Source of the DNA: Candidatus Latescibacterota bacterium
GTDB taxonomy: Bacteria; Latescibacterota; UBA2968; UBA8231
Length of the DNA: 64,000 nt
Direction: 5' to 3'
Assembly (NCBI GenBank): GCA_965203355.1
Contig: OZ241889.1
Coordinates: forward strand, 1,184,001 to 1,248,000
Shown one piece after another: positions 30,589 to 40,189 of the stretch; position 1 is the stretch's first letter; each line of letters begins with the position of its first letter. The notes below the pieces were generated by a model. That model worked only from the letters and a program-made list of their open reading frames with translations, was not told the DNA's origin and made no database searches. The translations under genes and the position numbers were made by a program.

Positions 30589-31566
30589 ATGGCTACCAGA
30601 GCACAGCAAATACGCCTCGGCATCTTCTTCTTGGTTTCGCTCGCCGTCCTCGCGCTCTTCTTTATCGTCGTTGCCGGCAGTCATCTACTGCATCAGCGCG
30701 ATATCTACTACATTGCGTCCAACTCGCCCGTCAGCGGCCTCAACAAAGGCGCGGACGTCAAGTACTTGGGCTTTAGTATTGGCCGCGTCGAGGACATCGC
30801 GATCGCGCAGGACGATCTCGCCACGGTAGTAATCGAGATTTCGGTCGAGCGGCGGCTGGCCGAAAATGCCATCCGCACCGACACGCAGGCGCGAGTGGCC
30901 TCGCTGGGGATTACCGGCCTAAAGTACATTGAGCTTTTCGGCGGCAGCGACGCCGCCTCGGTCGCCCCGCCAGGGGCCACCATTGTCGCGGGCGAGACCT
31001 TTTTTGGCAGTATGCAGGAACGCGCCGAGGTGCTCAGTGCCAAGGTTGAACAAACCATCGACAACCTAAACGCGCTACTCGGCAGCGACAATCAGCGCAC
31101 CTTCAATGAGTTGCTAAGCAACGCGGGCCATCTGCTGGCTACGGCCAACGCGCTGATCGCAGACAACCGCGCCGCATTCGACGAGACCACGGCCAATATG
31201 GTGGTCGCCAGTCGCTCGCTCGCTCAAGCCAGCGCGACGGTGGCGACGACGACCGATTCCCTGCGCGTCTTGCTCCTGGGTGCGCGGCTGCAACAGACGG
31301 TTGAAGACCTGCAAGTGACGATGCACAAATTGCGTCAGCAAATGGACGGTCCGGTTCCCCTGCTCGTGGCGCGGATGGACACCGTGATAAGCCATATCGA
31401 CCGGACTTTTGTGGGCATTGACCAGACCGTGGGGGCGAGTCGGCAGAATCTCCTGCGCGCCATGCGGGAGCTGGAGGAAACGTTGCAGAATATCCGCGAA
31501 ACCACCGAGCTAGTCCGCGAGAATCCCGCGGTACTGATCCGAGGTCACAGTGGTGGGAGCCAATAG
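30589..31566 (+). CDS. mlaD: MlaD/MCE family protein
   Basis: N-terminal TM segment, VSGLNKGADVKYLGFSIGRV, GITGLKYIEL, helical tail ending ENPAVLIRG. Confidence 0.85.
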   Translation: MATRAQQIRLGIFFLVSLAVLALFFIVVAGSHLLHQRDIYYIASNSPVSGLNKGADVKYLGFSIGRVEDIAIAQDDLATVVIEISVERRLAENAIRTDTQARVASLGITGLKYIELFGGSDAASVAPPGATIVAGETFFGSMQERAEVLSAKVEQTIDNLNALLGSDNQRTFNELLSNAGHLLATANALIADNRAAFDETTANMVVASRSLAQASATVATTTDSLRVLLLGARLQQTVEDLQVTMHKLRQQMDGPVPLLVARMDTVISHIDRTFVGIDQTVGASRQNLLRAMRELEETLQNIRETTELVRENPAVLIRGHSGGSQ

Positions 31567-32308
31567 CCGGGCGCGCCGCTGCGCTCAGGCCCTCGCGTTA
31601 GCCGCGCTGCTGTCCGGCTGCGCTCAGTTGCTAGGCGGGGACCCCAAGTTGCCGCAACGGCGCTATTTTAAGTTGCCTATCGAACCTTTGCGCGGTGGCG
31701 TGGAAGATTCCGAGCGCCCGTATCCTTTTCGCTTGCAGGTCAAAGGCTTTGAGGTGCCGCGGGCGTACGACCGCACCCACATCATCCGCCGCCGCGATCA
31801 GTACGAATTGCAGCGCGACAATCTCCACCACTGGATGGAACGCCCCGGCGACATGATCACCGATGCGGTCAAGCAGTACCTGCGCCAAGCCGATCTCTTT
31901 ACCTATGTCGGCGGGGACCGCGATTTTTTTGAGCACCGCCCCGATTACGTACTCAGCGGCTCGGTCAAAGCCATTGAGTGCTTCGACAGCGGCGATTTGT
32001 GGGCAGCCCATCTCGTTATGACGATGGAGTTGGTAAGGCAGGAGGATGGCAAAGTGATATGGCAGGACGATTTCGACGATGAGAAACAAGTGTTCTCTCC
32101 GGCCATGATCCACACGGTGGCCGCGTTGAGCGGCATCTTGGGCCAGCGGATGCAAAAGGCGATTGAGGAGATCGACTTCAAGTTCGGCAACAAGCAGCGG
32201 CCCGCATCCATCGCGCCCAACCGGGCAACCACACCCGCGGCTCGAGATACGGTACTGCAAACAGAATCCGATTACTACGAACTCATACCGGGAAAGCTGG
32301 CCCCATAG
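31550..32308 (+). CDS. ABC-transport auxiliary lipoprotein (PqiC-like)
   Basis: Lipobox LLSGC, HWMERP motif, position directly after the MCE gene. Confidence 0.75.
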   Translation: MVGANSRARRCAQALALAALLSGCAQLLGGDPKLPQRRYFKLPIEPLRGGVEDSERPYPFRLQVKGFEVPRAYDRTHIIRRRDQYELQRDNLHHWMERPGDMITDAVKQYLRQADLFTYVGGDRDFFEHRPDYVLSGSVKAIECFDSGDLWAAHLVMTMELVRQEDGKVIWQDDFDDEKQVFSPAMIHTVAALSGILGQRMQKAIEEIDFKFGNKQRPASIAPNRATTPAARDTVLQTESDYYELIPGKLAP

Positions 32309-32316
32309 GACTTGGT

Positions 32317-33822
32317 ATGTACAAGCTGCTCTGCCTCTCGATCGCCCTGCCGTTGCTCGCTGGCCCAGCCGTGGGCGACAGCTACACTTGGCTCGCCCCG
32401 CCCGGGCGCGGTCAGCTCGAACAGGATCCAACGCTGATTCCCAAGGGCAAGGGCTTTCTGTTCGTGCCGACGATGACCGGCTCCCTCAACGAGCCGAGCT
32501 TTCTCGTCTTACAAGGCGACAAACCCGTCCGCGAAGCCTCGCCCGGCACGGGCGTGTTGCTCTCGCCCGGTAGCTACAGATTGCTGGTCGGTTCGGGCAC
32601 GGACCTCCAGATGATGAGCCGCACCGTGCCGATCCGAGCGGGCATGACGACCTTGGTAAAGCCCTTCTGGGCCGGACTCGTCATCAACGTCATGTCCGAG
32701 AACCGCGCGTCGATCAACGAATCGTACGAACTATACCGGGAGTCCTCACAGGAAAACTACGGCCTCGGTTTCGGCCTCGAGGAGGAGCGCGGCGAGGCGG
32801 TCAAAACTTGGCTCCTGCCGCCGGGTGTTTACTCGGTAGTGCAAGTCGGCGACAACATATCAACCACCCGCAAATTCAGCGTTCGCTTAGAGCCGGGTGA
32901 GTTGATCCAGCGCAATCTAGTCGTGAACACTAGCGACAATACCTTCATCGGCTTCTACCCCCCGGCTCAGCATGGTCTTTTCGCCCAAATAGCCGATTCG
33001 CGCTGGAAGACCTCTTTCCAGCTCAGCGGCTCCCCCCGGCTTTCTACCTCGCAGAACACCACGGGTGCCGATCGCTCGGTCCTCTCGCTTTCCGCCGAGA
33101 TCGTCGGCAGCAGCGTCTATAACGCGAACCGCCACTACGTCAACCTGCGGCTGGACTTTGAAGAGGGTTTTACCCGCGAGGGGGGCAACGACTTTCGCAA
33201 GTCCATCGACGAGTTTGAGATCCGCGCTACGTATATCTACCGGCTTTCCCAGCGGATCGGCCCCTATTTGCGCGGGGTGTTCAACACCAAGCTATTCGCC
33301 ACGAAAGGCCATTTCGAGCGGCCGCGCAACCTCATGGTCTATGATGGCGACCAAGGCGATCTCCAGACGGGCATTAGCGAGTTCACGCTCTCGCCGCCCT
33401 TCAGCCCCCTCGAGTTGCGCGAGGGCATCGGCATCAACGCTCAGCTCATCCGCAGCTTTCCCTTAAACCTCGACATGCGCGTTGGTTTTGGGGCGCGGCA
33501 ACACTACGTCACCGATACCTATGATCTAGACGTTTTCCGCACCACCGCCCACAAGTTGTACGACACGACGACCAGCGGTTTGGAGGCCGTGTTGATCCTG
33601 CGGTCGCGTTTTTCGCGCTTGCCGAGCTTGGACTCGGAGTTTGACATCATCATCCCCGAGACGGACACCACAACTTGGGAATTTACTTGGGAAAACCGCT
33701 TGCGCTTCCCGCTTAGTCGCTCGGCCAACATGGTCGTCGTCTTCGACTTCGAGCGCAGGTTGCCGGTCCAACGGCTGCAATCTAGGCAACAGGTTTTGCT
33801 GCGCCTCAACTATTTGCTATGA
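32317..33822 (+). CDS. Exported hypothetical protein, probable C-terminal beta-barrel
   Basis: Signal peptide, amphipathic beta-strand pattern, terminal QQVLLRLNYLL. Confidence 0.6.
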   Translation: MYKLLCLSIALPLLAGPAVGDSYTWLAPPGRGQLEQDPTLIPKGKGFLFVPTMTGSLNEPSFLVLQGDKPVREASPGTGVLLSPGSYRLLVGSGTDLQMMSRTVPIRAGMTTLVKPFWAGLVINVMSENRASINESYELYRESSQENYGLGFGLEEERGEAVKTWLLPPGVYSVVQVGDNISTTRKFSVRLEPGELIQRNLVVNTSDNTFIGFYPPAQHGLFAQIADSRWKTSFQLSGSPRLSTSQNTTGADRSVLSLSAEIVGSSVYNANRHYVNLRLDFEEGFTREGGNDFRKSIDEFEIRATYIYRLSQRIGPYLRGVFNTKLFATKGHFERPRNLMVYDGDQGDLQTGISEFTLSPPFSPLELREGIGINAQLIRSFPLNLDMRVGFGARQHYVTDTYDLDVFRTTAHKLYDTTTSGLEAVLILRSRFSRLPSLDSEFDIIIPETDTTTWEFTWENRLRFPLSRSANMVVVFDFERRLPVQRLQSRQQVLLRLNYLL

Positions 33823-34910
33823 CTTGGGTGCAGCGCGACGACTTGGGGATCGCGCTGGGGGGTGTGCTTTCGGTGCATACCATCGGCGCACTCGCCCCCC
33901 AAGTGCGCCATTGCATCGCCGAACACCCGCGCTCCGCGCTCCGCGCCGACTTGCGCCAGGTCGAACACCTCGACACGGCCGGGGCCGTTTTCCTGCGCGG
34001 CTTGCCCGATCTCGCCCGTTCCTTGGACAAGAAACTCCGCCTCGATGGGCTGCCCGCTCGCTTGCAGCCCTTTTTCGACTTGGCCACGCCTGCGCCGCCT
34101 GCACCGCCTGCGCCGCGTCGCGCCGCGCTCGAGCGCCTTGGCGCTTGGGTCCGCGCCTGGGGCGTCAGTGCCGCTGGTTTTTTCTACCTGATGGCCGACC
34201 TGAGCATTTTTTCGGTTAGTGCCTTGTTTGGCCGCGAGCAGATTCGCCGGGGCAGCTTTGGCGAACAAGCGTACGCGATTGGGGCGCAAGCGTTGCCGAT
34301 CGTCGGGCTGATTCTCTTTCTCGTCGGCGCGGTTTCGGCCCTTCAGTCCGCGGCCCAGCTCCGCCAGTTCGGGGCCGACATTTTCGTCGCCAATCTGCTG
34401 GGCATTGGCCTGACGCGCGAGTTGGGGCCGCTGATGACCGCGATCATGGTGTCTGGCCGCTCCGGGTCGGCTATTGCCGCCGAGATCGCCACCATGAAGT
34501 TCACCGAAGAATTGGACGCCTTGCAGACTATGGGGATTGACCCGCTGCGCTTTGTGGCGGTGCCCAAGCTGTGGGCTATGGTCGTCTGCATGCCACTTTT
34601 GACAATCATGGCCAATTTCGTTGGCATTCTCGGCGGCACTTTCGTCGGCTTGGTGTCGCTGGACATCCCGGTTGCGGTGTTTCTCAACCAAGTATTTTCG
34701 TCGCTCTTCCTCAAAGATCTGATCACCGGGCTGGTCAAAAGCGCGTCCTTTGCGTGGCTTATTGCGATCATCTCGGTGCATCACGGCCTCAATTTCAGCG
34801 GTGGAGCCGAGGGCGTTGGCCGAGCGACGACGGCCGCGGTCGTGTCGTCGCTGTTTGGCATCATTGTCCTCGACGCCTTTTGGGGCATTGTCTTCTATCT
34901 CAAATGGTGA
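33819..34910 (+). CDS. mlaE: MlaE-type ABC permease with N-terminal STAS domain
   Basis: LDTAG (STAS); RELGPLMTAIMVSGRSGSA, EELDAL and GVGRATT motifs. Confidence 0.9.
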   Translation: MTWVQRDDLGIALGGVLSVHTIGALAPQVRHCIAEHPRSALRADLRQVEHLDTAGAVFLRGLPDLARSLDKKLRLDGLPARLQPFFDLATPAPPAPPAPRRAALERLGAWVRAWGVSAAGFFYLMADLSIFSVSALFGREQIRRGSFGEQAYAIGAQALPIVGLILFLVGAVSALQSAAQLRQFGADIFVANLLGIGLTRELGPLMTAIMVSGRSGSAIAAEIATMKFTEELDALQTMGIDPLRFVAVPKLWAMVVCMPLLTIMANFVGILGGTFVGLVSLDIPVAVFLNQVFSSLFLKDLITGLVKSASFAWLIAIISVHHGLNFSGGAEGVGRATTAAVVSSLFGIIVLDAFWGIVFYLKW

Positions 34911-35650
34911 CGCGCGTTATCGACATCCAAAATCTCTGCGTGTCCTATGGCGAGACGGTCGTGCTGCGCGGGATTGACGCGCACGTGGAGGAAGGGGAAA
35001 TCGCCGTCGTGCTCGGCGGCAGCGGTTGCGGCAAGAGCACGTTGCTCAAGGCGATCATCGGCTTGGTGCAGCCCACCTTGGGCCGCGTCGAAATCCTCGG
35101 CCAAGACGCGACCGCGCTCGGGGAGGCGGAGCTGGCGGCTCTACGCAAGCGGCTGGGCGTGATGTTCCAATACGGTGCGCTGCTCAACTCGTTGACGGTT
35201 GAGCAAAACGTCGCTCTGCCCTTGGCAATGCACACGGACCTAGAGCCGCCTCTGATTGGGGAAATCGCACGCACTCGCCTCGCCTCGGTGGGCTTAGGGC
35301 TGGCCGGCGATCGCTTTCCCAGCGAGCTGTCGGGCGGGATGCGCAAGCGCGCTGCTTTGGCGCGGGCCATGGTCATGGACCCGGAGATTCTCTTCTGCGA
35401 CGAGCCGGGCGCGGGCCTCGATCCGGTCACCGCGGCCGAAATAGACGCGCTGCTCCTCACGCTCAATCGCGAGTTGGGCATCACCTTGGCCATTGTGACC
35501 CACGAGTTACTCAGCATTGAGCGGCTCAACGGTCGCCTCATCATGCTGGACCAAGGCCAAGTGGCATTTACCGGCACGGTCGCCGAGGCCAAGCGTGCGG
35601 AGCATCCGGTCGTCCGCTCTTTCTTTTACCCATCCGAGTCGTCCGCATGA
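34904..35650 (+). CDS. mlaF: MlaF-type ABC ATP-binding protein
   Basis: GGSGCGKS, LSGGMRKR and DEPGAGLDP motifs. Confidence 0.9.
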   Translation: MVTRVIDIQNLCVSYGETVVLRGIDAHVEEGEIAVVLGGSGCGKSTLLKAIIGLVQPTLGRVEILGQDATALGEAELAALRKRLGVMFQYGALLNSLTVEQNVALPLAMHTDLEPPLIGEIARTRLASVGLGLAGDRFPSELSGGMRKRAALARAMVMDPEILFCDEPGAGLDPVTAAEIDALLLTLNRELGITLAIVTHELLSIERLNGRLIMLDQGQVAFTGTVAEAKRAEHPVVRSFFYPSESSA

Positions 35651-36123
35651 AAACCATTATCATCGCCGCCTTGGGCAAAAACAGGGTCATTGGCCGCGAC
35701 AATGCCATCCCGTGGCACTACCCGGCCGACATGCGGCACTTCCGCCGCGTCACGCGGGGCCATGCGGTCGCGGCGGGGCGCAAGACCTACGAGACTTTTC
35801 AAACGCGCCCCTTGCCTCAGCGCTTGAACTTTGTCCTCACGCGCAATCCGGCCTACGCGGTGGCCGCGGGCGTGGTGATCTGCGCGAGTTTGGCCGAGGT
35901 TTTACAGCGCGCCCGCGCCGCCGGCAGCGAAAAACTCTTCGTGCTCGGGGGTGCTCAAGTCTATGCACAGGCCCTGCCTTTGGCCGACGAAATGATGCTG
36001 ACGCACTTGCCGATCGCAGTCGAGGGCGACGCGTACTTTCCGGCGTGGGACGAAGGCGCGTGGGAGCGGGTGGAACGGCGCCGCGAAGGCGCGCTGATCT
36101 TTGCGACCTATCGCCGCCGTTGA
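35647..36123 (+). CDS. folA: Dihydrofolate reductase
   Basis: VIGRDNAIPWHYPADMRHF, GRKTYE, RPLPQR, GGAQVY and GDAYFP motifs. Confidence 0.93.
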   Translation: MKTIIIAALGKNRVIGRDNAIPWHYPADMRHFRRVTRGHAVAAGRKTYETFQTRPLPQRLNFVLTRNPAYAVAAGVVICASLAEVLQRARAAGSEKLFVLGGAQVYAQALPLADEMMLTHLPIAVEGDAYFPAWDEGAWERVERRREGALIFATYRRR

Positions 36124-36337
36124 GCATGGATCGCTGGCGGGAAAAGGACATGAGACCATGAGCACTATCCCTAATCAAGACGACTTGCGCGGCCTTGAAG
36201 GCGGAGAAACTGGCCAGAGATTGGTTGATGGAATCTCCCCCCTGACACTTCGGCGTTTATTGATACAGGAACAGACTAGTGACTTTGTTTGATGGTTGTT
36301 TGATTGAAAGGGCATCCTGCGGTAAGAAAGGATCGAG

Positions 36338-37885
36338 ATGAATCAAAACGCGATTGAAGCGCGTCTGTGGGACGCGGCCGATGAGTTACGGGCGAACTCA
36401 AAGCTCAAGTCGGCGGAGTACTCCGTTCCGGTATTGGGTCTGGTGTTTTTGCGGTATGCGGATCACAAGTTTCAAGCGGCGGCCAAAAAGCTGGAGGGGA
36501 CGGGCAGTACGCGGCGCAGAGTTGGGCCGGTGGATTATCAGGCGTTAGGGGTACTGTATCTGCCGGAGGAGGCGCGATTTTCGGCCTTGATTGCGTTGCC
36601 TGAGGGGGACCATATCGGCGCGGCTATTAACGCTGCAATGAATGCTATTGAGGACGAGAATCCCGATCTCAAGGGCGTCTTGCCCAAGACCTACAACCGC
36701 TTTGAGAATGCCTTGCTCAAGGAATTGCTCAAGACGATGAACTCGGTTCCCATCGACATTGAGGGCGATGCGTTTGGCAAAATTTACGAGTATTTTCTCG
36801 GCCATTTTGCCATGAGCGAGGGGCAAAGGGGCGGCGAGTTTTTCACGCCGACGGCTATCGTCCAACTCATCGTCAGCATCATCGAGCCGTTTCACGGGCG
36901 CATTTTTGACCCGGCTTGTGGGTCGGTCGGCATGTTCGTACAAAGCGCCCGTTTCGTGGAGGAGCACCAGGGAAAGCCGAGTGCTGATTTGAGCATATTC
37001 GGCCAAGAACGGGTGGCTGAGACGGTTCGGTTGGGGAAGATGAATCTCGCCGTGCATGGGCTGGCCGGCGACATCCGACAGGGCAATACGTATTACGAGG
37101 ATTTGCACGGTTCCGTTGGTCGGTTCGATTTTGTGATGGCTAATCCGCCGTTTAATGTGGACCGCGTGGACAAAGAGCGGATCAAGGACGATCCGCGTTT
37201 TCCCTTTGGCATGCCGCGCACGGACAATGCCAATTATTTGTGGATACAGCTTTTTTATAGTGCGCTGGCCGACAATGGGCGGGCGGGGTTTGTGATGGCG
37301 AATTCGGCGGCGGATGCGCGCGCTTCGGAATTGGGGATTCGCCAGCGGCTGATTGAAGCGCGAGTGGTGGATGTGATGGTGGCTGTGGGTTCTAATTTTT
37401 TCTACACCGTAACGTTGCCTTGTACGCTGTGGTTTTTTGACAAGGGCAAGCGACACAACGACCGCGCCGATCAGATTCTCTTCATTGATGCCCGGCACAT
37501 CTATCGGCAAATCGACCGCGCTCATCGCGATTGGACGCCAGCGCACATTGAGTTTTTGGCGAATATCGCTCGGCTTTACCGGGGCGAGGCTGCGGAGAAT
37601 TTGCACGGCAGTGCTCCTTTGCTGAGCGAGCACTTTGGCGATGAGTGCAAATACGCGGATGTGGCGGGGCTGTGTAGGGTGGCGACGCTCGACGAAATTG
37701 CGGCGCAGGGGTGGAGTCTCAATCCGGGGCGTTACGTGGGGGTGGCTGAGCGGGCGGAAGAGGATTTTGATTTTAGGGAGCGGTTGCAGGAGCAAAATGA
37801 GGAGCTGGAAAGGCTTAATGCGGAGGCGCGGGACTTGGAGAAGCGGATTGCGGTGAATGTGGGTTTGTTGTTGGAGAAGGTGTGA
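36338..37885 (+). CDS. hsdM: Type I restriction-modification methyltransferase subunit
   Basis: [24 protein letters not shown] (motif I variant), NPPF and LNPGRYVG. Confidence 0.93.
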   Translation: MNQNAIEARLWDAADELRANSKLKSAEYSVPVLGLVFLRYADHKFQAAAKKLEGTGSTRRRVGPVDYQALGVLYLPEEARFSALIALPEGDHIGAAINAAMNAIEDENPDLKGVLPKTYNRFENALLKELLKTMNSVPIDIEGDAFGKIYEYFLGHFAMSEGQRGGEFFTPTAIVQLIVSIIEPFHGRIFDPACGSVGMFVQSARFVEEHQGKPSADLSIFGQERVAETVRLGKMNLAVHGLAGDIRQGNTYYEDLHGSVGRFDFVMANPPFNVDRVDKERIKDDPRFPFGMPRTDNANYLWIQLFYSALADNGRAGFVMANSAADARASELGIRQRLIEARVVDVMVAVGSNFFYTVTLPCTLWFFDKGKRHNDRADQILFIDARHIYRQIDRAHRDWTPAHIEFLANIARLYRGEAAENLHGSAPLLSEHFGDECKYADVAGLCRVATLDEIAAQGWSLNPGRYVGVAERAEEDFDFRERLQEQNEELERLNAEARDLEKRIAVNVGLLLEKV

Positions 37886-39951
37886 TGAGATTAGGTAATG
37901 TTATATTTGTCAACCCCGAGTCTATTCATAAAAACTATCATTTTTGTGATATTGAATATATAGATATTTCTTCTGTGGGTACTGGAACATTGAAGGGTAC
38001 TAAGAGAATTCAACTCGTTGATGCTCCTAGTCGAGCGAAACGCATAGTCAGAAGTGGCGATACTTTGCTTGCTACAGTTCGCCCTAATCTCCGATCGTTT
38101 TGGTTTGCCCGAAATCTGAAAGAAAATACAATTGCATCAACCGGGTTTGCTGTATTGCGTGCAGGAAAAGGTATTGATGAACGTTTTTTATATTTTACTG
38201 TTACCAATCAGCTATTCACAGATTATCTCACTGCAAATGCCAAAGGCTCAGCCTATCCAGCAGTAGATACCGACATAATAGAGAGAGCGGAGGTATTACT
38301 CCCTTCTCTCCCCACACAGCGCAAAATCGCCGCGATCCTCTCGGCCTACGACGAGCTGATCGAAAATAATCTTCGGCGCATCAAAATTCTCGAGGAAATG
38401 GCGCAGAATTTTTACCGCGAATGGTTCGTCAAGTTTCGCTTTCCGGGGCATGAGAAAGTGCGGTTTGTGGATTCGCCGCTTGGGAGGGTGCCAGAGGGGT
38501 GGGAGGTCGACACATTAGGAGAACACTTAGTTGCATTAGAAAGTGGCAAACGTCCAAAAGGTGGAATAAAAGACCTGAAGTCTGGTGTTCCTAGTGTAGG
38601 CGCGGAGAATATTTCGGGTATTGGAAGACATAATTACCAAAGCGAAAAATATGTACCGAGGGAGTTTTTCGAGAGAATGGGAAAAGGTATTGTGAAAGAT
38701 GGTGATGTTGCTATTTATAAGGACGGTGCTTACATCGGCAGGTCGGCATATTTTCGTGATGATTTTCCCCATTCTCAGTTCTGCGTCAATGAACATGTTT
38801 TTCTCGTACGCGCAACAGGAAAAAGATTGACGCAAAATATGCTTTACCTTTGGCTTCAGGAGCCGATCACTATTTCAATTATACGAGCAACTAATGCAAA
38901 TGCAGCGCAACCGGGCATAAACCAAAAGAGTGTAAAAGGGCTACCAGTTGTTGTCCCATCGCCGAAAATTACCGGCCAATTTGATCAGCTAGTTGAACCA
39001 TACCTGACGCTAATAGTAAGATTAGCTAAAAAAAATGAAGTTCTTCGTCGCACCCGCGATCTCCTCCTCCCCAAGCTCATCTCCGGCGAGATGGATGTCT
39101 CCAATCTAGCTATTCAGACCGATTGGCTACACAAAGATAAAGACGATATGAGCCGCTATGACTTTTTTCAGCGTATATGTCGCTTGCCTTTTGTCGATAA
39201 AATTGTGCTCTTCGGCTCTCGGGCACGTGGCAATCACTACGACCGATCCGACATTGATCTCGCCGTTTTCTGCGACCAAGCAAGCGACGCAGAGTGGCAA
39301 CAAGTTCTCGATTGTCTGTGCGAGGATCGGATTGACACCCTCCTTAAAGTAGATTGTGTTCGCTTTGAGCATAGCAGTGCCGCCTTGAAGGAACACATTA
39401 TGACCGAGGGAAAAGTGCTGTATGAGAAAAGCGGACGGCAAAAAATTGAGCGACCCCAAAAGAAAAAGAGGCCAAAGAGAATGAGCGAAACAAAACTAGC
39501 CAACCACTTATCCAATAGTCAGCGTTGTTTGCAACGTCTTGACGATGCAGTAAGGCAACCCCTTGATGACGACATGTTCATGTTGGATGCGGTGGTACAT
39601 CGCTTCAATATAGCTTTTGAACTGCTCATGGACACGCTGCTCGTTTACTGCGTGGAAACAGATTTTCTCCCCAAGGAGAAGATCAAAGAGTACGAGTTTA
39701 ACACTAGAAAATTGATCGAATTGGCGTTTGACAGTAAATTGATTGACGACGATCAAACATGGATCGCAATTAAAAATGCTCGCAATGCCACCGCCCATGA
39801 ATACGACGAGCAGCAAGCTATTGACCACTACAACAAGGTGAGATCGTATCTGCCGCACTTACAGGCATTGTTTGAAAAAATGAATACAATTCATACCACT
39901 ACTCCCGCAGACGATGTTGCTAAAGACGCATCGCCCCCAGCTAAGTTTTGA
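37882..39951 (+). CDS. hsdS: Type I RM specificity subunit fused to a nucleotidyltransferase (MNT) and a HEPN domain
   Basis: Two AT-rich TRDs with conserved [10 protein letters not shown] and [12 protein letters not shown]. In-frame [15 protein letters not shown] (GSX10DXD) follows, then RFNIAFE...RNATAHEY (RX4HXY). No internal stop. Confidence 0.88.
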   Translation: MMRLGNVIFVNPESIHKNYHFCDIEYIDISSVGTGTLKGTKRIQLVDAPSRAKRIVRSGDTLLATVRPNLRSFWFARNLKENTIASTGFAVLRAGKGIDERFLYFTVTNQLFTDYLTANAKGSAYPAVDTDIIERAEVLLPSLPTQRKIAAILSAYDELIENNLRRIKILEEMAQNFYREWFVKFRFPGHEKVRFVDSPLGRVPEGWEVDTLGEHLVALESGKRPKGGIKDLKSGVPSVGAENISGIGRHNYQSEKYVPREFFERMGKGIVKDGDVAIYKDGAYIGRSAYFRDDFPHSQFCVNEHVFLVRATGKRLTQNMLYLWLQEPITISIIRATNANAAQPGINQKSVKGLPVVVPSPKITGQFDQLVEPYLTLIVRLAKKNEVLRRTRDLLLPKLISGEMDVSNLAIQTDWLHKDKDDMSRYDFFQRICRLPFVDKIVLFGSRARGNHYDRSDIDLAVFCDQASDAEWQQVLDCLCEDRIDTLLKVDCVRFEHSSAALKEHIMTEGKVLYEKSGRQKIERPQKKKRPKRMSETKLANHLSNSQRCLQRLDDAVRQPLDDDMFMLDAVVHRFNIAFELLMDTLLVYCVETDFLPKEKIKEYEFNTRKLIELAFDSKLIDDDQTWIAIKNARNATAHEYDEQQAIDHYNKVRSYLPHLQALFEKMNTIHTTTPADDVAKDASPPAKF

Positions 39952-40189
39952 CGAGCAGCCGATTCCGGACATCAACCCGGACAAGCTGGATGTCCAGGTT
40001 GTGTCCGGGTTGTTTGCCGGGTTGCGCAAATGGAACGAGCGCACGGCGGAAAACCTGAGCTTGCTCGTCCGCCATCAAGGGCGCGTTGTTCCGACTCGCC
40101 TCATTAAGGCAGGTGAAGTCGTCATGATCGGCAAGAGTACCTACGACCCCAACAAGCGGTATCTGTCGGTTAAAAAGGAAAACGCATGA
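39914..40189 (+). pseudogene. Internally deleted relic of an AlbA_2/RecG-C/wHTH-type regulator
   Basis: SFDEQP...HQGRVVPT is joined directly to a wHTH-wing-like terminus IGKSTYDPNKRY. ATGA overlap with hsdR. Family from recall. Confidence 0.45.

Noticed and set aside
36101-36292. Small ORF between folA and hsdM
   Set aside because: No family signature; cannot be distinguished from intergenic sequence.
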